DNA from: Opitutia bacterium KCR 482
GTDB lineage: Bacteria; Verrucomicrobiota; Verrucomicrobiia; Opitutales; Intestinicryptomonadaceae
DNA: 32,000 bases
Assembly (NCBI GenBank): GCA_029269845.2
Contig: CP149973.1
Span: 120,001-152,000, forward strand
Reading direction: 5' to 3'
The notes beneath the pieces were generated by a model, which did not search any database, was not told the DNA's origin, and saw only the letters and a list, made by a program, of their open reading frames with translations. Positions 8,001 to 16,171 of this stretch are shown here, one piece after another. A program made the position numbers and the translations under genes. The stretch's first letter is position 1. Every line of letters begins with the position of its first letter.

Positions 8001-9545
8001 TTAGCCTTCGGCTTCTTCGTTGGGGAGCGTGTTTGCGTCGGCGGAAAGTTCGGCGCGTTTGCCGCGCTTGTACGCCCAGACCGACAGCACAATCGTGAGC
8101 GCGCCGCCCAGCCCGTAGGCATAGGCGAGGTCAAGCCCGAAGCCGACGGGGCCGCCGTGTTCGGGCGAAATCCACAGAATGTATGTAAGCACGATGAACG
8201 CCATGAACATTCCGGGAAGCAGCGCCACGAATCCGTTTTTCGAAAGCCTGAACAGCCAGACCGACGCCGCAAGCAGCGTAGACGCCGCGAGCACTTGGTT
8301 GCCCCACGCAAAGTAGTTCCAGAGGTTGTTGAAAGATTCCGCGCTGATTTGCGACCACGCCAAAAGCCCCGTCGTGCCGATTATAAGCGGGAGGGTTGTG
8401 AGCAGGCGTTTCGAAATCGGTTTTTGGTCGATTTTAAAGATTTCCGCAATGCTCAGGCGCATGCTTCTCATGGCGGTGTCGCCCGAAGTAATCGCCAAGA
8501 TGACGACCGCGAACACCGTGACGATTCCCATCCAAGTGCCGAGGAAGTGTTGCGAAACGTAAATGAGGACGTCGGTCGGCGTTTTCTGGAAGTATTCGGG
8601 CTTCATGTTGTAGACGGCAAGCCCCGCCGCCGCCCAAATCATGGCGATTACGCCTTCAAGTACCATCATTCCGTAGAATGTGGAACGCGCCTCGCGCTCC
8701 GAGCGCATTGTCCGCGCGACAATCGGCGACTGCGTTGCGTGGAAGCCCGAAATAATACCGCACGCAATCGTAACAAAGAGCAGGGGAATCACGGGGTGTC
8801 CGTTTGCCGCGCACCATTTCATTTCGGCGAATTTCGCGCTTTCGCCCAGAACTTCGGGCGACTCAATCAGCTTGAAGCAAATCGACACGAAGACCGCGAG
8901 CGTTCCCACAAGCAGCATTAAGCCGAAGAGCGGATAGATTTTGCCGATGATTTTATCGACGGGAAAGAGCGTCGCCAAAACGTAGTATGTGAAGATTGCC
9001 CCGACCGTCCACCAGAAGATGCTGATTTGCGGAAATTCCTTGTCTATGAGGTTTGCGGGCACGTTGATGAACACCGCAACAACAAGCAGCAGCAGCAGCA
9101 CCGTGAACGCCGAGAAAAATTTTGAGTACGCCGAGCCGAGGTTTTGGCGGATAAGCGCGGGCAGGTTTGCGCCGCCGCCGCGCAGCGACATCATTCCCGC
9201 CAAGAAATCGTGCGTAGCCCCCGCGAGAATGTTTCCGACGGGAATTATTATAAACACCATCGTCCCGAATTTTATGCCCAGTATCACGCCGATTACGGGG
9301 CCCACCCCCGCGATGTTCAGCAACTGGATAAGCATGTTTTTCCAGTGGGGGAGCGTGAGAAAGTCTACGCCGTCGCGCTTCGAGACGGCGGGCGTAGCCC
9401 TGTCGTCGGGGGCGAGGACTTTTTCGATAAAGCTGCCGTAGGCGAAGTAGCCCGCGACGAGCAAAAGCAAACCTAAGAAGAACAATAGCATATATGGTAA
9501 TCCCGATAATTTAAGTGTAAGTTTTTGCCGTATTTTTCCGAACAA
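8001..9545 (-). CDS. cstA: carbon starvation protein CstA family transporter (short ~500-aa form)
   Basis: It is a polytopic membrane protein. The N-terminal 'YFAYGSFIEKVLAPDDRATPA...DGVDF' and 'LNIAGVGPVIGVILGIKFG' match conserved CstA blocks. The alternative start at ATG 9491 (MLLFFLG...) is at least as likely as 9545. Confidence 0.8.
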   Translation of the reverse strand: MFGKIRQKLTLKLSGLPYMLLFFLGLLLLVAGYFAYGSFIEKVLAPDDRATPAVSKRDGVDFLTLPHWKNMLIQLLNIAGVGPVIGVILGIKFGTMVFIIIPVGNILAGATHDFLAGMMSLRGGGANLPALIRQNLGSAYSKFFSAFTVLLLLLVVAVFINVPANLIDKEFPQISIFWWTVGAIFTYYVLATLFPVDKIIGKIYPLFGLMLLVGTLAVFVSICFKLIESPEVLGESAKFAEMKWCAANGHPVIPLLFVTIACGIISGFHATQSPIVARTMRSEREARSTFYGMMVLEGVIAMIWAAAGLAVYNMKPEYFQKTPTDVLIYVSQHFLGTWMGIVTVFAVVILAITSGDTAMRSMRLSIAEIFKIDQKPISKRLLTTLPLIIGTTGLLAWSQISAESFNNLWNYFAWGNQVLAASTLLAASVWLFRLSKNGFVALLPGMFMAFIVLTYILWISPEHGGPVGFGLDLAYAYGLGGALTIVLSVWAYKRGKRAELSADANTLPNEEAEG

Positions 9546-9653
9546 CCGTTGGACGGCATAATCGCGAAAGTATCCGACTTTTCCTCCGTTATGTCAAGCT
9601 TGCGCCTGAAATTTTTATCGACAAACGGCGTCGGCGCGTCCACTTTTTGCGGA

Positions 9654-10091
9654 ATGTTCAAATTCGTGAAATTGCGCACATTGGCTGCGGTAGGTCTCGG
9701 CGGCGCGATTGGCGCGTCCGCCCGCGTCGGCGTTTGCGCCGTTGTTGACGACGGCATTTTGGCGATTCTTGCGTGCAACATTGCCGGCTCTTTTCTGCTT
9801 TCCGCCGCCGTCGAGCTGCGCGAATCCGTACACCCCGATTTCGAAAAACTTGTAGCCGTCGGCTTTTGCGGCGGGCTTTCGGTCTTTGCGGGCTTTTCGC
9901 GCGATTCCGTTTCCTTCCTTTCCGCCGACGCCTACGCGCCTTTCTTCTTGAACCTGCTGGGGAACTTTGTGCTGTGCGTCGCCGCCGTTTTTGCCGCCCG
10001 CGCGTTGTTCCGTGTTTTTCGCAAGCCGACTCTTTCCGAAAAAATCGCGGGCTTTTTCGACAAGTCCGACAGGGGAGGGCGCGGCGAATGA
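9654..10091 (+). CDS. crcB: fluoride ion channel CrcB/FluC, subunit 1
   Basis: The start is at ATG 9654 (MFKFVKLRTLAAVGLGGAIGASARV...). 'GFCGGLSVFAGF' matches the CrcB signature. The stop overlaps the next start as ATGA (10088-10091). Confidence 0.85.
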   Translation: MFKFVKLRTLAAVGLGGAIGASARVGVCAVVDDGILAILACNIAGSFLLSAAVELRESVHPDFEKLVAVGFCGGLSVFAGFSRDSVSFLSADAYAPFFLNLLGNFVLCVAAVFAARALFRVFRKPTLSEKIAGFFDKSDRGGRGE

Positions 10092-10462
10092 ACGCGCTTT
10101 TGATGTTTTCCGCTGCGGCTCTCGGCGGCGCGTTCGGCGCGCTTGTCCGCTATTTTCTTGCGGCGGCGTGGGATAGAAAGGCGTTTCCGTTCGGGACGTT
10201 CGCGGCGAATATGTCGGCGTCGTTCATTTTGGGGACTCTTACCGCGCTTGCTTCGCGCGGCGTATTGGAGGGCGACCTTGCGGTGTTTTCGGAGGCGGGC
10301 TTTTGCGCCGCGCTCTCCACGTTTTCGTCGCTCGCGTTCCAGATAGCCGAAATGCTTTCCGAAAAAAGGTATCTGAGCGCATCTTTTTACGCAACGACCA
10401 CGCTCATGTTCGGCATGGCGTTGTTTTTGTCCGCCGAGCAGTGCATGCTTCGGCTGTTATAG
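10088..10462 (+). CDS. crcB: fluoride ion channel CrcB/FluC, subunit 2
   Basis: The sequence begins MNALLMFSAAALGGAFGALVRY...FPFGTFAANM and contains 'GFCAALSTFSS'. It is the second CrcB paralogue and is translationally coupled to the first, which suggests a heterodimer. Confidence 0.85.
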   Translation: MNALLMFSAAALGGAFGALVRYFLAAAWDRKAFPFGTFAANMSASFILGTLTALASRGVLEGDLAVFSEAGFCAALSTFSSLAFQIAEMLSEKRYLSASFYATTTLMFGMALFLSAEQCMLRLL

Positions 10463-10894
10463 AATCGTAATTGCGTGGCGCCCGTCGGGGAGTATCGACA
10501 TCTCGATTTTTATTGCCTCCTGCGGGACGCATTCGGCGACGTTCTCCCACCATTCCACGCATACGCAGCGCGGGGCGGGGGCGACTTCGTCGAGGGCGAG
10601 GTTTTCGAAAGCTTCGGGAGAGTCGAGCCTGTACGCGTCGATGTGCGCGAGCTTGCGCCCGTCGGGGGCGTCGTAGAGCGAGAGTATATTGTACGACGGG
10701 CTTTTCACCCGCGCCGAAATTCCAAGACCCTCGGCGATTCCCTTGACGAACGCGGTTTTGCCCGTGCCCAAATCGCCCGAAAGCGCGACGAACGCGTCGT
10801 CGGGCAGGTTTTTTGCGAATTTTGCGGCGAACGCGCGGGTTGCTTCGGGCGAGTCCGAAACAAAGCGCGCGCCGCCTGCGTGGTTTTTTGGCAT
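10457..10894 (-). CDS. tsaE: tRNA t6A37 threonylcarbamoyltransferase complex ATPase TsaE
   Basis: It has the Walker A motif 'LSGDLGTGKTAFVKG' plus 'SPSYNIL', 'HIDAYRL' and 'VEWWE'. ATG 10894 shares one nucleotide with the upstream TAA (TAATG). The ORF's extension to 11116 overlaps the aminotransferase and is rejected. Confidence 0.85.
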   Translation of the reverse strand: MPKNHAGGARFVSDSPEATRAFAAKFAKNLPDDAFVALSGDLGTGKTAFVKGIAEGLGISARVKSPSYNILSLYDAPDGRKLAHIDAYRLDSPEAFENLALDEVAPAPRCVCVEWWENVAECVPQEAIKIEMSILPDGRHAITIL

Positions 10895-12075
10895 TAGAGC
10901 TTTGCGCAGAATTTCTTCGTGCGCTCTATTCCCTTTACGATTGTTTCGTCGGCGACGGCGTAGCTGAAACGAATGTTCGCGTCGGCTCCGAACGCCACAC
11001 CCGGGACTACCGCCACAAGCTCCTCGTCGAGGAGTTTCGAGCAGAAGTCGGTAGACGAAAGCCCGAAAGACGAAATGTTCGGGAAAAGATAGAACGCGCC
11101 CTTCGCCCTGCGGCACGAAACGCCGTCGATTGAGTTGAGACCCTCCCAGAGCGTGAGTCTGCGCCTGTCGAAAACCGCGAGCATTGCTTCAAGCGATTCC
11201 TTTGCGGCGGCGGGATTTTTTATCGCCTCCAACGCGCCGTACTGCGCGAAAGTCGTGGCGTTCGAAGTCGTCTGCGTTTGGAGCTTCGCCACCGCCTTTG
11301 CGATGTCGTCGGGGGCGCACATAGAGCCGAGCCTCCAGCCCGTCATCGAGTACGCCTTGCTGAAGCCCGACACCATGATTGTGTGGTTGCGGGCGTCTTC
11401 CGAAAGCCCCGCGGGGCTGAACGCGTGCGTGCCGTCGTAGGTGAGGAAAGAGTAGATTTCGTCGCTCATGACGATGATTCCGTGCTTTACGACAACCTTC
11501 ATGATGGCTTCAAGCTCGTCTTTTGTGTAGACCGAGCCTGTGGGGTTCGAGGGGCTGTTGAGCACAAGGAGCTTTGTCTTTTCCGTAATGGCGGCTTCGA
11601 CCTGTTCGGGCGTGAGCTTGAAATCGTTTTCCTCCGTCGCCGAGACGAAGACGGGAACGCCGCCGCAGAGCTTTGCCATTTCGGGGTAGCTTACCCAGTA
11701 GGGCGCGGGGATAATCACTTCGTCACCTGGGGAGACAACCGCCTTCATCGCCAGATAGCAGCTGAACTTGCCGCCCGCGCTGATTATGATGTTGTCGGCG
11801 GAAATGTTTTTGATGTTCTTTTTCTCTCCGTAGAACGCCGCGAGCCTTTCGCGGAGTTCGGGCAGACCCGACGAAGCTATGTATTTTGTTTTGCCTTCGT
11901 TTATCGCCTTGATTGCGGCTGCCTTGATGAATTGGGGCGTGTCGAAGTCGGGCTCGCCTGCGCCGAATCCGCAGACGTCCTTGCCTTCCGCCTTCAATTT
12001 CTTCGCCTTTGCGTCGACCGCGAGGGTCGGCGACGGTGCTATATTCTGTGCCCAAACTGAGAGTCTGCTTTTCAT
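10894..12075 (-). CDS. class I pyridoxal-phosphate-dependent aminotransferase (aspartate aminotransferase type)
   Basis: It has '[12 protein letters not shown]', 'NSPSNPTG' and the PLP-lysine block '[15 protein letters not shown]'. I placed the start at ATG 12075 (MKSRLS...). Confidence 0.85.
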   Translation of the reverse strand: MKSRLSVWAQNIAPSPTLAVDAKAKKLKAEGKDVCGFGAGEPDFDTPQFIKAAAIKAINEGKTKYIASSGLPELRERLAAFYGEKKNIKNISADNIIISAGGKFSCYLAMKAVVSPGDEVIIPAPYWVSYPEMAKLCGGVPVFVSATEENDFKLTPEQVEAAITEKTKLLVLNSPSNPTGSVYTKDELEAIMKVVVKHGIIVMSDEIYSFLTYDGTHAFSPAGLSEDARNHTIMVSGFSKAYSMTGWRLGSMCAPDDIAKAVAKLQTQTTSNATTFAQYGALEAIKNPAAAKESLEAMLAVFDRRRLTLWEGLNSIDGVSCRRAKGAFYLFPNISSFGLSSTDFCSKLLDEELVAVVPGVAFGADANIRFSYAVADETIVKGIERTKKFCAKL

Positions 12076-12258
12076 AATTATCTGTCTCTTACTTAAAATT
12101 CGGATAACGCGGTTTATCAAAACTTTTTCGATATAATCGCCGATTTCCTACAAAAATGGACAAAGTTGCGCGGTTGTCGAGTAAGAATTTCGCTTTTGTT
12201 TCAATCTTTTCGGAGTCGCGTGAAAAAATTCCTCAAAAAAAAGCTTTACAAAGTTCAG

Positions 12259-12286
12259 TATACCCCCTACGGGTATAGGGTATAAA
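12259..12286. promoter_or_regulatory. candidate CsoR-family operator: TATACCC-N5-GGGTATA followed by a third GGGTATA half-site
   Basis: TATACCC lies at 12259-12265, GGGTATA at 12271-12277 and GGGTATA at 12278-12284. The site ends 13 nt upstream of the repressor ATG. From memory, it resembles the TACCC...GGGTA pseudo-palindromes bound by CsoR-type repressors. Confidence 0.5.
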
Positions 12287-12296
12287 TTTTGAGTTT

Positions 12297-12569
12297 ATGA
12301 AAAACTGTGTCGATTACGAAAAGGTCGTCAAGCGTCTGAAAAGGGTTCAGGGGCAAATCGGCGGCATAATAAAAATGATAGAGTCGGAAAAGGACTGCGA
12401 AGACGTGCTTATCCAGATTGGCGCGGCAAAGGCCGCCCTCCACAAAACGGGGCAGTCGGTCTTGGAGGGGCACCTGCACCACTGCGTGCTCGACGCAATC
12501 AAGGAGGGGCACGGCGAGGAGGCTCTCGACCACCTCTCCGACGCAATCGAACAATTTTTGAAAATCTGA
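12297..12569 (+). CDS. CsoR/RcnR family metal-sensing transcriptional repressor
   Basis: The protein is 90 aa. 'RLKRVQGQIGGIIKMIE' matches the family. The ligand positions read Cys in 'DCEDVL' and His/Cys in 'HLHHC', an x-C-H-C (CsoR-like) fingerprint, with an extra Cys4. Confidence 0.8.
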   Translation: MKNCVDYEKVVKRLKRVQGQIGGIIKMIESEKDCEDVLIQIGAAKAALHKTGQSVLEGHLHHCVLDAIKEGHGEEALDHLSDAIEQFLKI

Positions 12570-12574
12570 CGGAC

Positions 12575-14446
12575 ATGGAAAAGATTGAAGAATTCATGGA
12601 GTTTCTCGAAAGCGGGAAAATGACCGTCGTCGGCGGCGTCTTCCTTGCGGCGAGCTTTGCTTTAATGATGTCGGGCGCGGATTTCCCGCTCGACCCCGCG
12701 TGGATTACCGCGCTAATCTGCGGCTTGCCGATGATGTTCGAGGCGGCGGAGGCATTGTTTTGCCGCCGCAAAATTTCGTCGCCGCTGCTGATTTCAATCG
12801 CGATGCTCGCTTCCGTCTGCATAGGAGAGGTTTTTGCGGCGGGCGAAATCGCGTTCATCATGGCGGTTGGCGAAATCCTCGAACACATGACGGTTGCCCG
12901 CGCGAAACGCGGAATCAAAAACCTCGTGAACCTCGCCCCCGACACGGGGCGCGTGATTGTCGGCGGCGCGGCGAAAACCGTGGCGGTTGCCGAAATCAAA
13001 GTGGGCGACACCGTGCGCATTCTCCCCGGGGAGACCATTCCCGTTGACGGGAAAATTCTTTCGGGCAACACTTCCGTAGACCAGTCCGTCGTGACGGGCG
13101 AGTCCATTCCCGTGGACAAATCCGCGGGCGACGACGTGTTCTGCGGAACGGTAAACCGCTTCGGGGCGATTGACGTTTCGACAACCCGCGCGGGCGGCGA
13201 TTCCTCGCTCGACAAGCTTGTGCGGCTCGTCCGCGAGGCGGAGAAAAACAAGTCGCCGTCGGAGCGCATTGCCGACAAGTGGGCGTCGATTCTCGTCCCC
13301 GCCGCGCTGCTTGTGGCTGTCGCCGCATATTTCGCGACGGGCGACATCACACGCGCGGTGACGGTGCTTGTGGTCTTCTGCCCGTGCGCTCTCGTGCTCG
13401 CAACCCCGACTTCCGTAATGGCGGCGATTGGTCAGGCGACGAAATTCGGCGTGATTATCAAATCGGGCGCGGCTCTCGAAACAATGGGCAAGGTTGACTG
13501 TGTAGCTTTCGACAAAACGGGCACTCTCACCGTCGGAAAGCCCGTCGTGAGCGACCTGTTTTCGGAAACCTCGCAGGAGGAACTTTTGGGACTTGCGGCG
13601 TCGGCGGAGTCGATGTCGGAACACCCGCTCGGCGCGGCGGTGGTAGAGTGCGCAAAGTCGCGCGGGGTTGAAATTTCGGAGGCGTCCGACTTCAAGATGA
13701 CCCCAGGGCGCGGGATTTCCGCGAACGTCGGCGGACGGCTTGCGGTCTGCGGAAACGCCGCGTGGCTTGCCGAAAACGGAATCGTAATTCCCCGCGCCGC
13801 GCTCGACAAATTCGAACTCTTTTCCGACGAGGGCAAGGCGTCGATTTTCGTCGGCGCTGGCGGAAAATTCGCGGGGCTTGTCGCGCTTTCCGATACCCCC
13901 CGACCCTCCGCAAGGGAAGTTGTTTCCGAGCTTGATTCGCTCGGCGTGGAAAGCGTCTTGCTCACGGGCGACAACGCGCGGGCGGCGGAATTTTTCGCAA
14001 AAAACGCGGGCTTGAAACGCGTCTGCGCGGGGCTGCTCCCCGCCGAAAAGCTCGAAAAAATCGAGGCTCTGAAAGCCTCAAAAAAAACCGTGTGCATGGT
14101 CGGCGACGGCGTGAACGACGCCCCCGCGCTGAAATCTGCGAATGTCGGGGTTGCAATGGCGTCGATGGGAAGCGATATCGCGGTCGAGGCGGCGGACATC
14201 GCGCTGATGGGCGACGACATTACGAACATACCGTATTTGAAACGCCTTTCAAACGCGACGGTTCGCTCGATAAAGGTGAATATCACGCTTTCAATGCTGA
14301 TAAACTTTGCGGCGGTGCTGCTGTCGCTGGCGGCGGTGCTGACGCCGATAACGGGGGCGTTGGTGCACAACTTAGGCTCAGTCTTGGTAGTCCTGAATGC
14401 GGGACTTCTTTACGACCGCAACTTACGGCGCGGACACGGCGCGTGA
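12575..14446 (+). CDS. heavy-metal-translocating P1B-type ATPase without an N-terminal metal-binding domain
   Basis: It has the CPC motif in 'VVFCPCALVLATP', the phosphorylation site DKTGTLT, the hinge GDGVNDAPAL and TGES in 'VVTGESIPV'. The protein starts directly with transmembrane helices. Confidence 0.9.
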   Translation: MEKIEEFMEFLESGKMTVVGGVFLAASFALMMSGADFPLDPAWITALICGLPMMFEAAEALFCRRKISSPLLISIAMLASVCIGEVFAAGEIAFIMAVGEILEHMTVARAKRGIKNLVNLAPDTGRVIVGGAAKTVAVAEIKVGDTVRILPGETIPVDGKILSGNTSVDQSVVTGESIPVDKSAGDDVFCGTVNRFGAIDVSTTRAGGDSSLDKLVRLVREAEKNKSPSERIADKWASILVPAALLVAVAAYFATGDITRAVTVLVVFCPCALVLATPTSVMAAIGQATKFGVIIKSGAALETMGKVDCVAFDKTGTLTVGKPVVSDLFSETSQEELLGLAASAESMSEHPLGAAVVECAKSRGVEISEASDFKMTPGRGISANVGGRLAVCGNAAWLAENGIVIPRAALDKFELFSDEGKASIFVGAGGKFAGLVALSDTPRPSAREVVSELDSLGVESVLLTGDNARAAEFFAKNAGLKRVCAGLLPAEKLEKIEALKASKKTVCMVGDGVNDAPALKSANVGVAMASMGSDIAVEAADIALMGDDITNIPYLKRLSNATVRSIKVNITLSMLINFAAVLLSLAAVLTPITGALVHNLGSVLVVLNAGLLYDRNLRRGHGA

Positions 14447-14626
14447 AAGCACTTCCCTAAGGGCGTTTCCCTGTACGCCCAGACCGCTCGCGTACGATAA
14501 GTACGCCACGCGCCCTGTTCGCACAGGAAAGCCACCCTTATGAAAGCACTTTGACGCGCCTAAAAATACAGCGCACGGCGCGGAAGATTTTTAGAGTGCT
14601 TTGGGATAAAAGTTGAGCGTACAAAA

Positions 14627-14669
14627 AGCGGAAATTCCAAGTTGTGGGATTTCCGCTTTTCTTTTTTTC
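14627..14669. terminator. bidirectional rho-independent terminator
   Basis: A 9-bp stem pairs AGCGGAAAT (14627-14635) with ATTTCCGCT (14649-14657) around a 13-nt loop. A T-rich run follows at 14657-14668 on the plus strand. The A5 run at 14623-14627 gives T5 on the minus strand. Confidence 0.7.
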
Positions 14670-14772
14670 TCCGCGCAAAGCGCGTCTGTTTAAATTGGTT
14701 TCTTGCTTTGCAAGGAATAATCCTAATGTCAGTAATTGCCGTAGGCAATACGAACTGATACAGAAAAGGCGC

Positions 14773-14887
14773 GGTTATAGCCGCGCCGCATAATAACCAA
14801 AAGGAGCGAAGCTCCGTCGCCGTACAGGCTGCAGCTTGTCGGTTATAGCCGCGCCGCATAACAACTACAAGGAGCGAAGCTCCGACG
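14773..14887. repeat. 47-nt direct repeat, two copies 68 bp apart (14773-14819 and 14841-14887)
   Basis: The unit is ggttatagccgcgccgcataaYaacYaMaaggagcgaagctccgWcg, with 4 mismatches in 47 nt by hand alignment. Each copy contains the GGAGC-GAA-GCTCC hairpin. Copy 2 covers the last 7 codons and the stop codon of rsfS. Confidence 0.85.
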
Positions 14888-15461
14888 GCTGGCGCACCTT
14901 GCGCCCGTCGCGCCAGAGGGATTCTATGCCGTAGAGGCCGCGTTGTTCGGGGAGGAAGATGTGAGCCATGAAGTCGAAGGCGTCTACAACGACCCAGCCG
15001 CTCGACGTGTTGTAGTCGCGCCCGACGGACTTTACGTTGAGGTCTTTGAGGGTCTTTTCAAGCTCGTTGGCGAGGGCGCGGAGGTGCGGCTCGGAAGTGG
15101 CGGTCGCGACAATGAAGTAGTTTGTGATGGGCGATTTCCCGCGAACGTCGAGAACGCTGATGTCCTCGGCTTTTTTGTCGTCGAGAGCCTGCCAACATTT
15201 CTTTACAATTTCGAGAGTCGGGTCAAGGTCGGCAACTTTTTTCGCCGCCGACTTTTTCGCAACAGTCTTTTTTGTCGCAACCTTCTTCGCGGGGGTCTTC
15301 TTGGCAACAGCCTTCTTCGCCGCTACTTTTTTGGTGGCAACTTTCTTTACCGCAGTTTTCTTGGCAACGGCCTTTTTCGCGGTTGACTTCTTCGCCGCGT
15401 TTTTTTTCGCGGGACTTGCGGCTTTTTTCGCCGCCGATTTCTTTGTGGCAGATTTTTCCAT
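14865..15461 (-). CDS. rsfS: ribosome silencing factor RsfS (iojap) with a ~76-aa N-terminal Lys/Ala-rich histone-H1-like repeat extension
   Basis: The C-terminal 120 aa match RsfS: 'AEDISVLDVRGKSPITNYFIVATATS', 'GWVVVDAFDFMAHIF' and 'YGIESLW'. The N-terminus is a run of AKKx repeats. The ATG at 15461 lies 4 nt after the nadD stop codon. Confidence 0.85.
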   Translation of the reverse strand: MEKSATKKSAAKKAASPAKKNAAKKSTAKKAVAKKTAVKKVATKKVAAKKAVAKKTPAKKVATKKTVAKKSAAKKVADLDPTLEIVKKCWQALDDKKAEDISVLDVRGKSPITNYFIVATATSEPHLRALANELEKTLKDLNVKSVGRDYNTSSGWVVVDAFDFMAHIFLPEQRGLYGIESLWRDGRKVRQPSELRSL

Positions 15462-15465
15462 GACT

Positions 15466-16071
15466 TTATGTATTATATAATTTGTTTTTGAATATGTAGC
15501 TTTCGACGTCGGGGTCGAGCATTTTCAGATTTTTTTCGCCGCGGGCGAGCCGCGCCCTGATTTCGGTGGAACTGTAGGGCAGAGGGGCGAAGGCAAAAAA
15601 TTCGAAATGCAGGGAGGGCGGAAGTTTCGATGTGTCGGCGTCGAAACCGTCGCGACGCGCGCAGATGAAGTCGGCGAGCTTCGCGATTGCGTCGATGTCC
15701 TTCCAGCCGTGGAGCTTTGCGATGTGGTCGCCGCCGAGAATCCAGCGCAGGCGTTTTTGCGGATATTTTTCGGACAGAAACTTCACGGTGTCTACGGCGT
15801 AGCTGATTCCGCCGCGGTCAAGCTCGAAAGTGCAGGCGGAGTGCGGAAACGGAAGCTTGGACGCGGCGATTTCGAGCATTTTAAGCCTGTGGACGCTGGC
15901 GGCGCGTACGGGGGCGTCGCGCATGGGCGCCTGAGCGGCGGGGACGAAAACTATTTCGTCTACGCGCCCGTCGTCGAACGCCGACTGCGCAAGCGCGATG
16001 TGTCCGAGGTGCACGGGGTCGAAACTGCCGCCTAAAATGCCGAGTCTTTTGGATTGATTCATTGTCCGCAT
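15466..16071 (-). CDS. nadD: nicotinate-nucleotide adenylyltransferase
   Basis: 'LGILGGSFDPVHLGH' is the (T/H)xGH nucleotidyltransferase motif, and the C-terminal 'SSTEIR' block is present. The start is ATG 16071 (MRTMNQ) or 16062 (MNQSK). The ORF's extension to 16404 is rejected. Confidence 0.85.
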   Translation of the reverse strand: MRTMNQSKRLGILGGSFDPVHLGHIALAQSAFDDGRVDEIVFVPAAQAPMRDAPVRAASVHRLKMLEIAASKLPFPHSACTFELDRGGISYAVDTVKFLSEKYPQKRLRWILGGDHIAKLHGWKDIDAIAKLADFICARRDGFDADTSKLPPSLHFEFFAFAPLPYSSTEIRARLARGEKNLKMLDPDVESYIFKNKLYNT

Positions 16072-16171
16072 ATTATTGCGGATTTTTTGCGAAAAAAAAT
16101 AAAAATTTTGCCGAACAAAAACGATTTTGCGGCGTCTATAATTATAGGTGTTTGTAGTTTGTAGTGGTTGG

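Noticed and set aside
9546-9653. Looked for a fluoride (crcB-motif) riboswitch upstream of the crcB pair.
   Set aside because: I could not find the conserved GGNGAUGG / AAC / CUGAUGAnnCCUAC elements on the plus strand. It needs an Infernal search to be definitive, so no feature is called.
14447-14770. Tried to match the structured gap to SRP (4.5S) RNA, RNase P RNA, tmRNA or 6S RNA.
   Set aside because: It has no GGAAGCAGC-type SRP helix-8 motif, no GAGGAAAGUCC RNase P motif, and no tRNA-like GGTTCGA...CCA end. 6S RNA cannot be judged by eye. The region is left unnamed as a finding only.
14560-14859. A 99-aa minus-strand ORF in the ATPase/rsfS gap.
   Set aside because: It runs straight through the bidirectional terminator and both repeat copies. 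The two repeat copies are read in different frames, and the composition is not protein-like.
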